DNA of 64,000 nt from Candidatus Cloacimonadales bacterium. Lineage in GTDB: Bacteria > Cloacimonadota > Cloacimonadia > Cloacimonadales > JAFGVF01. Of the stretch, positions 1-8,445 are shown in pieces. Position numbers and translations under genes: made by a program. The notes under the pieces were generated by a model. The model was given only the letters and a program-made list of their open reading frames with translations, did no database searches and was not told the origin of the DNA. The stretch is from assembly GCA_963667035.1 (NCBI GenBank), contig OY762964.1, positions 416,001-480,000 of the forward strand, given 5' to 3'. Each line of letters begins with the position of its first letter. Within the stretch, counting starts at the first letter, position 1.

Positions 1-31
1 TTGTCAATGATTGATGTTCTTATTTTAAGCT

Positions 32-72
32 AAAAAAAGACAAAGCTATGAAATCTTACTCATAGCTTTGTC
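32..72 (-). terminator. Intrinsic terminator downstream of lon
   Basis: Perfect 13-bp inverted repeat GACAAAGCTATGA/TCATAGCTTTGTC (39-72) followed by T7 on the minus strand; a second hairpin lies at 82-103. Confidence 0.75.
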
Positions 73-121
73 AACAGTCTGAAGGGCACAGTTTTGTGCC
101 CTTAACTATTTATTGTTATAA

Positions 122-2515
122 CTAGAATGCTATTTCTAGGATATCTTTGAAGTAATCAACAAAGTGAGCTTCAACTCCTTCCTTAATGTAGTCGGGAAGC
201 TCCTCGAAATCCTTCTTGTTATCTTTAGGGAATATCAATTCATTAATACCGACTCTCTTAGCAGCAATTGTTTTCTCTCTTAATCCACCTATGGGGAGAA
301 CCTTACCGGTTAAGGTTAATTCTCCAGTCATAGCAAAACCTTTTTTTACCGGTTTGTTATGTATAAGTGAGTAGAGAGCCAAAGCCATTGTTACACCTGC
401 TGAAGGACCATCTTTAGGGGTCGCTCCTGCTGGGACATGGATATGAATGTAGTTATCATTGTAATAGTCACAGATATCACTGTCTTCACATACAATCGAT
501 CTGATATATGAATATGCAATTTCTGCAGATTCAAGCATTACTTTACCAAGCTGACCGGTCTGCTTGAAACCTCCGCCTTTACGTTTAAAGGAAGAAGCCT
601 CAATATATAGTGTAGAACCGCCGTAAGGAGTCCAAGCAAGTCCAAGTACAACTCCTGGTATCTGCTTTTTATAGATGTATTCGGCACTAAAAAGTGGTTT
701 ACCTAGATACTCAGAAACATTCTTAACGCTAACAGTGTAACTGTCACCTTTACCTTCTGCCATTCGCAAAGTAACTTGACGCATTATTTTTTTAATCTGT
801 TGCTCAAGATATCTTACACCCGCATCTCGTGAGTAATCCTCTATAATCTTTTCAAGACCTTTATCGGTAATCTTAATCTCAGAAGCTTTTAGCCCATGTT
901 CTTTGCGATGTCTTGGAATCAGATATTGCTTAGCAATTTCCTTCTTCTCTCTCATAATATATCCGGGGAGAGAAACTATCTCCATACGGTCTCTTAGCGG
1001 ACCAGGAATCGTATCAAGTTGATTGGCAGTAGTAACAAAAAGTACTTTTGACAAGTCAAACCTTACATCCAAATAGTGATCAAGAAAGTCCTTGTTTTGT
1101 TCAGGATCAAGTACTTCAAGCAAAGCTGAAGCCGGGTCTCCCTGAAAACTCTTGCCGAGTTTATCTATTTCATCAAGCATAATTACCGGATTTGAAGTTC
1201 CCGTACGCTTGAGACTCTCAATTATCTTGCCCGGCAAGGCTCCGATGTATGTTCTCCTGTGACCTTTGATTTCAGCTTCATCTCTCATACCACCAAGACT
1301 AAATCTATAGAATTTACGATTTAATGACCTAGCAATAGATTTCCCGATGGAAGTCTTTCCAACTCCGGGAGGCCCGACAAAGCAAAGGATTGTCCCACTT
1401 AAGTTACCACTTTTTATAATGGTTGAGATATATTCCAGTATTATTTTCTTAACGTCTTGTAAACCGAAGTGGTCCTGATCAAGAATCTTTCTTGCTTTGG
1501 GCAAATCAAGATTATCTTTGGAGTAAACACCCCAAGGTAGTTCTGTCAGTTGGTTCAAATAGTTTTGAGTAACTGTGTATTCCGGACCACCGGGTTGCAT
1601 TATCTTCAATTTACTAATTTCACGTTCAATGACTTCTTTAACTTCGTCAGTCAATTTCAGCTTCTTGACTCTCTTTTCAAGTTTTTCTATCTCAGCAGTA
1701 GCATCATCAATTTCCATACCGAGTTCTTTCTTAATCACTCTTAATTGTTCTCTTAAGAAAAACTCTCTCTGCTGTTTTGACATTTTCTCTTCTATTTGCT
1801 TCTCTATCTCTTGCTGAATTTTACCGACTTCTATCTCTTTGCGTATCATCATCAGGAGTTTCTTCGCTCGTTCGATAATATCAATGGATTCAAGAAGATC
1901 CTGCATATCATACGTCTCACTTTGAATAATATTTGAAACCATATCCAGGAACATAGAAGGCTTATCGTATGACACTTGTGTAAAGAGCATCTTTATCTGC
2001 TGCTGAACAACAGGATTAACATTCAACAGTTCCTTTATACTATTCATAATCTCGAGTAGATATGCTTTTATCTCAGGAGTCACAGGAGGTTCTTTCTGAT
2101 CTAAATACACTACTTCCCATTTCAAGAACGGGTCATTCTCCTTTTGCTTAACTCTTTTAAAACGCCTCAATCCCTGAGCAATTATTTGAATAGAATCATT
2201 TTCCAAATGTATAACTTTAAAAATCTTTATAACTGTTCCGATACTGTATAAATCATCGTCATCAAGCTCTCCCTCAGCAGTTTGTTTTAGGAAAACAGCT
2301 CCAAGAAGTTTATCCTCACTATCCCATACTTCATCTATCAATTCTGTGTAGAAAGAACCGGAGAATGTTATAGGTATCATCAATCCCGGGAATATTGGTC
2401 TTTGTATTAGCGGGATAATATGTAGTTCAGGAGGAAAAATCTCCATTGCAAGAATAAGACCTTCTTCAATCTCTTTGTTTCTTTTTTCTTTATCGTCCAT
2501 ATTTTGCTCCCTCAT
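122..2515 (-). CDS. lon: ATP-dependent Lon protease
   Basis: N-terminal LON domain, Walker A GPPGVGKT, Walker B MLDEIDK, catalytic PKDGPSAG; real start may be the Met at 2500. Confidence 0.97.
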   Translation of the reverse strand: MREQNMDDKEKRNKEIEEGLILAMEIFPPELHIIPLIQRPIFPGLMIPITFSGSFYTELIDEVWDSEDKLLGAVFLKQTAEGELDDDDLYSIGTVIKIFKVIHLENDSIQIIAQGLRRFKRVKQKENDPFLKWEVVYLDQKEPPVTPEIKAYLLEIMNSIKELLNVNPVVQQQIKMLFTQVSYDKPSMFLDMVSNIIQSETYDMQDLLESIDIIERAKKLLMMIRKEIEVGKIQQEIEKQIEEKMSKQQREFFLREQLRVIKKELGMEIDDATAEIEKLEKRVKKLKLTDEVKEVIEREISKLKIMQPGGPEYTVTQNYLNQLTELPWGVYSKDNLDLPKARKILDQDHFGLQDVKKIILEYISTIIKSGNLSGTILCFVGPPGVGKTSIGKSIARSLNRKFYRFSLGGMRDEAEIKGHRRTYIGALPGKIIESLKRTGTSNPVIMLDEIDKLGKSFQGDPASALLEVLDPEQNKDFLDHYLDVRFDLSKVLFVTTANQLDTIPGPLRDRMEIVSLPGYIMREKKEIAKQYLIPRHRKEHGLKASEIKITDKGLEKIIEDYSRDAGVRYLEQQIKKIMRQVTLRMAEGKGDSYTVSVKNVSEYLGKPLFSAEYIYKKQIPGVVLGLAWTPYGGSTLYIEASSFKRKGGGFKQTGQLGKVMLESAEIAYSYIRSIVCEDSDICDYYNDNYIHIHVPAGATPKDGPSAGVTMALALYSLIHNKPVKKGFAMTGELTLTGKVLPIGGLREKTIAAKRVGINELIFPKDNKKDFEELPDYIKEGVEAHFVDYFKDILEIAF

Positions 2516-2850
2516 TTTTATTAAAACAAAGTATGTTTCACTGTATAAAATATCATTCTATATCTAATGTGCAAATAAATTATATGTTTTACTTGAGAAT
2601 ACATTGAGAACATTACTTTTATAGAACTGTGTTCCAAATACTTCCATTTCAATCTGTTTAAGAGTATTGTTTTCTATTTGTAGACTAGAATTTAACTCTA
2701 ATAGTATCATGAATGGTGTATATTACTTTCAGAGACTTTCATTCTTAATAGGTTATGTTTTATCAGTTTTAGTATCTTTAGGTTATCTTCACACTCCGGA
2801 AATAAATTGATTATCTGGAAAGTATACTAACAACGCACTCTTTCAATACA

Positions 2851-2952
2851 CGGGACACACTCGGGAATCTCGCGGGACTCTCACGGGAATCACTCGGGAC
2901 TTTGCCCGAGAAATTCTCGAGAAATTCTCCTGTAAATCTCGTATGATCCCCG
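2851..2952. repeat. Array of 11-bp-phased degenerate repeats (CGGGA core), five direct then about five inverted
   Basis: CGGGA at 2851, 2862, 2873, 2884, 2895; then degenerate inverted units (ccgagaaattc, tcgagaaattc, ...) in 11-bp steps. Confidence 0.8.
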
Positions 2953-3150
2953 AGGGTTGAATATGGGCAGTATGAGACCGGAATTGCAAAGTAAAACTTC
3001 ATTTACCGGATTAAATAGAATTATCGAAGAAGATAAAGAGGCTAATAATGGATTAAGTTAGTTTTCTACTTGACACTAATAAAGACTGTTTGTAATTATT
3101 AATGTTTGCCTCTATCAGAACTTCGAGAATATTATATAGAGGAGGTTTTA

Positions 3151-3804
3151 ATGCAAAAAACTTTTTTTACTGACCGAACAAAAGAGATCCAGATTGGAAT
3201 AGATCATTTTCTTTCTCATGTCGAGCACTCAGGATTGATTTTCTTAGAAGGCATAAAATCATATCTAGCCTGGGATACCGAAAAGTTTGAAGGTTATCGT
3301 ACAGAGTTGTGCGAAGTTGAAGAGGCGGCAGATGCTCTGAGAAGAGACATCAAAGTAAAGCTTTATGCTTATATGTTAATTCCTGAATCAAGAGGAGACG
3401 TGCTTGGTTTGCTGGAGACTTTAGACAATGTGATTGATGTTTGTCACAAAGTTATGGAACAGCTTTCGGTTGAGCATCCTGATATCCCTGATGATTTAAG
3501 AAATGATTTCGGAGAGTTAGCAAGATTTTCGCAACTCACAGTAGAAGCTGTTGCTAATGCTTCCAGAGCTTTTTTTACTGAGCTAAAGCTTGTTAGCAAT
3601 TTCGTAGGTAAGGTTTATTTTTATGAGCATGAAGTTGATAAAATGGAAGACAGTATTAAGAGAAAAGTTTTTGATTCTAAGGAGTTAGAACTCAGTAAGA
3701 AAATACATCTTAGATACATTGTTGATAGAATAGCCATGCCGTCAGATGAATCTGAAGAAGTGGCAGAAAGACTAGAGATTTCAGCAATTAAAAGAAAACT
3801 CTAA
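3151..3804 (+). CDS. DUF47 / PhoU-like phosphate transport regulator
   Basis: E..AD..RR and E..VD motifs typical of DUF47; GAGGAGG RBS before ATG 3151; directly upstream of a Pit transporter. Confidence 0.88.
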   Translation: MQKTFFTDRTKEIQIGIDHFLSHVEHSGLIFLEGIKSYLAWDTEKFEGYRTELCEVEEAADALRRDIKVKLYAYMLIPESRGDVLGLLETLDNVIDVCHKVMEQLSVEHPDIPDDLRNDFGELARFSQLTVEAVANASRAFFTELKLVSNFVGKVYFYEHEVDKMEDSIKRKVFDSKELELSKKIHLRYIVDRIAMPSDESEEVAERLEISAIKRKL

Positions 3805-3814
3805 GGGAATGTAG

Positions 3815-4870
3815 ATGTTCACTATCTTAATGTATTTATCGAGCGGACTGTTTTTAGGATGGTCTTTAGGTGCTAATAATGCAGCTAACTTCTGGGGAAC
3901 TGCGGTTGGGACCAGAATGGTCAAGTTTAGGACTGCTGCCATTATTTGTAGCATACTGGTTATACTTGGAGCAGTGATAAGTGGAGCGGGAGCTTCTCAG
4001 ACAATTGGGAAGCTGGGTGGCATTAATAGTTTAGGCGGGGCTTTTACTGTTGCTCTTGCTACTGCTGTTGTTTCGCTTATAATGACTAAATCAGGAATAC
4101 CCATCTCAACCAGCCAAGCTGTTATTGGTGGCATAATAGGTTGGAACATATTTACTCAATCAGCGACGGATTATTCGGTACTAGGTAAAATAGCTATGTC
4201 TTGGGTATTCTCTCCCGTACTAACGGCTTTAACTGCATTTGTGATGTTTTTTATAGTTAAGCTTATATTGGATAACGGAAAGTGGCACATGCTCCGGATA
4301 GATTCATGGACACGAGCTTTATTGGTAATAGTTGGAGCTTTCGGTTCATATTCACTTGGTGCCAATAATATCGGTAATGTCATGGGTGTATTCATAAAAG
4401 CATCACCATTTAATGACTTGGAGTTTTTTAACCTCTTCACACTAAGCTCCATACAACAGCTTTTCTTAATCGGTGGAATAGCCATTGCTGTAGGGGTAAT
4501 CACTTATTCCAAGAGAGTAATGACAACGGTAAGCACGGATATTTACAAGCTTTCTCCTGTAACAGCATTAATTGTTGTTTTCGCAGTATCGGTTACGATG
4601 TTCTTATTCGCCTCGGTGGGATTGAAGAATTTTCTAACTTCTCACGGACTTCCATCTTTGCCTCTCGTGCCCGTTTCCAGTTCACAAGCAATTGTCGGTG
4701 CGGTAATAGGTATAAGTCTTGCGAAGGGTGGTAAGAATTTACAGCTCAGGATACTTGTGAAGATTGTCCTAGGATGGATTATAACACCTATTGCAAGCTG
4801 TTTGCTAGCACTTGTATTACTTTATATAACCCAGAATGTCTTTATGATGGAAGTGTTCTCTGATTTATAG
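3815..4870 (+). CDS. pit: Inorganic phosphate transporter, PiT family
   Basis: Two PiT signature repeats GANNAAN / GANNIGN, PISTSQ / PVSSSQ, many TM helices. Confidence 0.92.
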   Translation: MFTILMYLSSGLFLGWSLGANNAANFWGTAVGTRMVKFRTAAIICSILVILGAVISGAGASQTIGKLGGINSLGGAFTVALATAVVSLIMTKSGIPISTSQAVIGGIIGWNIFTQSATDYSVLGKIAMSWVFSPVLTALTAFVMFFIVKLILDNGKWHMLRIDSWTRALLVIVGAFGSYSLGANNIGNVMGVFIKASPFNDLEFFNLFTLSSIQQLFLIGGIAIAVGVITYSKRVMTTVSTDIYKLSPVTALIVVFAVSVTMFLFASVGLKNFLTSHGLPSLPLVPVSSSQAIVGAVIGISLAKGGKNLQLRILVKIVLGWIITPIASCLLALVLLYITQNVFMMEVFSDL

Positions 4871-4874
4871 TTTA

Positions 4875-5282
4875 TCAGATTTCTCTTTTTAAGTTATAGG
4901 CGAGTATATAACCTGAAATAGCCCCGATAACATAGTATATAAAATCACTTGGTACGAATGTGGTTCCCAGTAATGAGGCACCTATGAAGGTACTTCTTAT
5001 CAATTGTAGGAAAGGTGGTTTCCATAACTGTAGACACTCTAATAGTGAAGTGATTAATAATACTAGAATGCTAATTATCCATATCTTCTTTTTAGAGACA
5101 ATCAAGCTGAACACCAAAATGAAGAAGATTACGTAGAACACTCCGCCTAGAGAGTTATTAGCCCATTCATGACCTATCCCTTTGTATAGCTTGGAAATGA
5201 AACCTAGAGCAGTGACAATAGGTAGCTCTATCAATATCATATAGTTAGCTTTTAATGAACTAGAGAACCTCGACTTTAACAT
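4875..5282 (-). CDS. Small membrane protein, DUF2809-like
   Basis: Hydrophobic; 'LE.LQLW', 'LLGTTF...D...Y..G' pattern; start uncertain (5240, 5282 or 5333). Confidence 0.65.
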   Translation of the reverse strand: MLKSRFSSSLKANYMILIELPIVTALGFISKLYKGIGHEWANNSLGGVFYVIFFILVFSLIVSKKKIWIISILVLLITSLLECLQLWKPPFLQLIRSTFIGASLLGTTFVPSDFIYYVIGAISGYILAYNLKREI

Positions 5283-8200
5283 ATTCTGTTTCAATACTGT
5301 AGTTTCCTTTCTTAATATATGGGATTGACTCAACTATCTCTTTATAGTTTTCCAATTGATCCTTATCGTTAATGCTTCCAGTCTTATAATCAATAATGAC
5401 AATCTTTTTATGATTTTCCGAAATCTGTAATCTATCTATCCTAAACTCCTGTCCGGTAACCGGATGATAAATAGTGAATTCATTAAAAACCTTATCCCAT
5501 TTCCTTGAATATAACTCTGGATTATCGGTGATAAAAGCTTTAGCATATCCAATGCAAGTGTTGATATCCTTTGCTACAATCAGGTTGCCATAAGTAGCAA
5601 TTGTTTGTTTATAAGCTAATTTATGATACCTATCCTCATCATATTCAATAAATGATAGGTAATGATGTACGATGGTACCGATTATGTTTCTTTTACCCGT
5701 TATGTACAATGCTTCAAGTTCAGACTTGTTCTTTAAATCTGATTCATCAAGCTTCTCTCTAAACAGGTTCTTATCCGGATTAAAATACTCACTGATATCA
5801 ATTACATTCTTTACATCTTCATTTTTTATATCCAATTCATCAGATGGATTAGTAAATGTTTCGGAAGAGGAAATTAACTCTTTCGCAGAATTGTATATTG
5901 CCATACTTAACTCGCTATCTGCTCCCGGAACTCCTCCCTTAACAAGTTTAACTGAATAGAATAGAAAGAGATTGTCTTCTGCTCTAGTAAGGGCGACATA
6001 ATTAGCATTGAGTTCTTGTATTTCATTACTCATAGCTTTTCTGGCAACAACATCCGTGACAGATGTCTTCTTAAGTATATGCTTACATCTCATAGAGATG
6101 TGGTAGTCCAGTAAATGGTTATACTGATCATCGAATTGATAATTAACAAAGATATCATCTATGTCACGGTTACCAGTTCCTAACGAACTGTAGAAGAATA
6201 CTGTTTTGAATGCCAGACCTTTTGATTTATGGATACTAATAAGAGTAATTGCATTTTCATCTATCACAGTTTCTTGTCTGTTTGCTTCATCTTTTTCTGT
6301 ATCATGGCAATATAGTAAGAAACCTTGTAAGTTGTTTGCGTATTCATGTCTATCATGAGCGAAGCTATAAGCAATATTTAAAAACTTATCTAAGTTCTTT
6401 TGTTCATTGTCGGTAGGGAATAGGTTAATGAAATTGAATCGCTCCATCACTTTTAAACTGAACATGAATGGATCTGAAACATAGTCTCTTAAACTCTCAA
6501 TTGTATTGAATCCCGGCAATGTCAGCAAGTACTCATTGAATTCATCATTGGTTAGCGTGTGACTGTTGCCGATGAAGGTTTTCATGTCATGAGAAGATAG
6601 AAGATAAGCATCTGAGCGATAGAACTTCAGAAGTGAAAGCCTATCACCGTAAACAATCCAATCCATTAGAAAGAGTATAGGTTTTATGGCATTGTGTTTA
6701 AACAATGGATTGTTGCTTTCTTGTACATAAGAAATACCGGATTGAGTTAGAATATCAGCTATTGCTGTAAGCTCCTTATTGGTTCTTGCAATGACTGCAA
6801 TTCCTTTACAGTTATAACCTGAATCTGTTTCGATGAACGAAATCAAATACTCATTAACAAAGACTTCAAAGCCTTCCTGTTTGCTTCCCTCTCCATTATT
6901 GTAAGTATATTCTTTAAATGATACCTTTCCCTCAATTTCTTCCCGAGCACATTCCACATTATCATAACTCCAATCAAGCTGTAGTGATTCTTTTACATTC
7001 AACATCTCACTAGAACTGAAAATATTGTTGATGAAATCAATAATGGAGTTAGCACTTCTATAGCAGGTGTCAAGCCTATCATTAACAACTTTATACCTTT
7101 GAGATAGCTTCAAAATGAGATTCATCTCTCCACTACGCCATTGATAGATGGCCTGTTTCTCATCACCAACGATAATGACACCTCCATAAGGATAAATGCC
7201 ACTTCCGCTGACAAGCTCATCAATCATGGGTTGGAAGAGTTTATATTGAACGATACTGGTATCTTGGAATTCATCCAGTAGTAGGAATCTGGTTCTATAC
7301 GATAATGCTTCGTAAAAGCGATTGGTTACCGTACCGGTATCCTGATCTATTATTGATAACTCTTCATCAAACAAATAGTTAAACGTATAATCCGTAATAT
7401 CGCTATAGGTAAGTTTCCCTGATGAGAGTTTGATTTTGTCATATTCTTGAACAAGTTTATTCCAGAAGTTCTTAATCTCAATCCATTCGTTGAAGTATAT
7501 ATAATAGTAGAGTAAATCTGCCAAAGCAGTTATTAACTCTTTAGAAGCCTCTTTCAAATCAGTACTTCTAAGCTTTGCACCATTATAAAAAATGATATTG
7601 TCTAGGATTGATTTATAGTTCTGCTTTAGATAATCCAAATCAGTAAATTTGTTCTTCATGGAAGATAGTAGCTCTTCAATATCATCATAAGGAAATTCTG
7701 ATTTAACTCCCTGCTTTATGTAATCCCTGACGCTAGACTTTCCTTTTTTGTCGTATTCTTGCTTGAAAAGTTCAAGAAACTCTGAAAGTATGTCATTGTA
7801 TTTGTAATAAGCGAGTTTAAGTTCTTCAATAGGAGCATCTGTGGAGAACTTGTTTAAGAAGTATAATTGCCATCTGTTATCAATTAGATTACTTAAATCT
7901 TTTGTATGCTGGTCAGGTCTAATACGTAACTCGGTGTTCAAGAATGATAGAATCTCTTCGTTTATCATTCCTTGTTTCAGAAGAGTCTCCATTATTTGAG
8001 GTAGAATCTTCTCATTATATTTTAGGTCTAATTCAAACTCATTGATTCCCTTCCAAGGAGCAATTACGCTCTTGAATATGCTTCCTGCAAATGAATCAAT
8101 AGTAGAAATGTGAACATCCTGCTTGTTAAGAAGCATTTTAAGATAAGTACTTTTAAGATTAAGTATTTCTTCATTAGTAATCTTACGATTCATTAAGCGT

Positions 8201-8445
8201 TCAAGATTAGTAATTATAGTCTTTGCTTGTTCGTTATCGCAATATATTGATTCCAAGTGCTGAAAGATTCTCTCTTTTATCTCAGCAGTGGCCTTCTTAG
8301 TGAAAGTAATAGCAAGTATCTGTGAGTAATGAAATTCATCAAAAACACTATACTCAATTATGATTCTAATATATTCCAAGGAGAGTCTGTAAGTTTTACC
8401 GGTTCCTGCAGAAGCAGTTATAACTTTAAAGAAATAATCGTTCAC
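5260..8445 (-). CDS. addA: UvrD/AddA-like helicase-nuclease
   Basis: ASAGTGKT, ITFTKKAT, LLDEFQDTS, VGDEKQAIY, IHKSKGL, YVALTRA and C-terminal RecB-type nuclease RIDRL...IIDYKTG. Confidence 0.88.
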   Translation of the reverse strand: MNDYFFKVITASAGTGKTYRLSLEYIRIIIEYSVFDEFHYSQILAITFTKKATAEIKERIFQHLESIYCDNEQAKTIITNLERLMNRKITNEEILNLKSTYLKMLLNKQDVHISTIDSFAGSIFKSVIAPWKGINEFELDLKYNEKILPQIMETLLKQGMINEEILSFLNTELRIRPDQHTKDLSNLIDNRWQLYFLNKFSTDAPIEELKLAYYKYNDILSEFLELFKQEYDKKGKSSVRDYIKQGVKSEFPYDDIEELLSSMKNKFTDLDYLKQNYKSILDNIIFYNGAKLRSTDLKEASKELITALADLLYYYIYFNEWIEIKNFWNKLVQEYDKIKLSSGKLTYSDITDYTFNYLFDEELSIIDQDTGTVTNRFYEALSYRTRFLLLDEFQDTSIVQYKLFQPMIDELVSGSGIYPYGGVIIVGDEKQAIYQWRSGEMNLILKLSQRYKVVNDRLDTCYRSANSIIDFINNIFSSSEMLNVKESLQLDWSYDNVECAREEIEGKVSFKEYTYNNGEGSKQEGFEVFVNEYLISFIETDSGYNCKGIAVIARTNKELTAIADILTQSGISYVQESNNPLFKHNAIKPILFLMDWIVYGDRLSLLKFYRSDAYLLSSHDMKTFIGNSHTLTNDEFNEYLLTLPGFNTIESLRDYVSDPFMFSLKVMERFNFINLFPTDNEQKNLDKFLNIAYSFAHDRHEYANNLQGFLLYCHDTEKDEANRQETVIDENAITLISIHKSKGLAFKTVFFYSSLGTGNRDIDDIFVNYQFDDQYNHLLDYHISMRCKHILKKTSVTDVVARKAMSNEIQELNANYVALTRAEDNLFLFYSVKLVKGGVPGADSELSMAIYNSAKELISSSETFTNPSDELDIKNEDVKNVIDISEYFNPDKNLFREKLDESDLKNKSELEALYITGKRNIIGTIVHHYLSFIEYDEDRYHKLAYKQTIATYGNLIVAKDINTCIGYAKAFITDNPELYSRKWDKVFNEFTIYHPVTGQEFRIDRLQISENHKKIVIIDYKTGSINDKDQLENYKEIVESIPYIKKGNYSIETEYVKVEVL

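Noticed and set aside
2851..2952. CRISPR array (also considered for 16716-16810)
   Set aside because: Units are 11 bp with no spacers, and there are no cas genes
2811..3002. 63-aa ORF on the minus strand
   Set aside because: Spans the repeat array, no recognisable protein features; likely spurious
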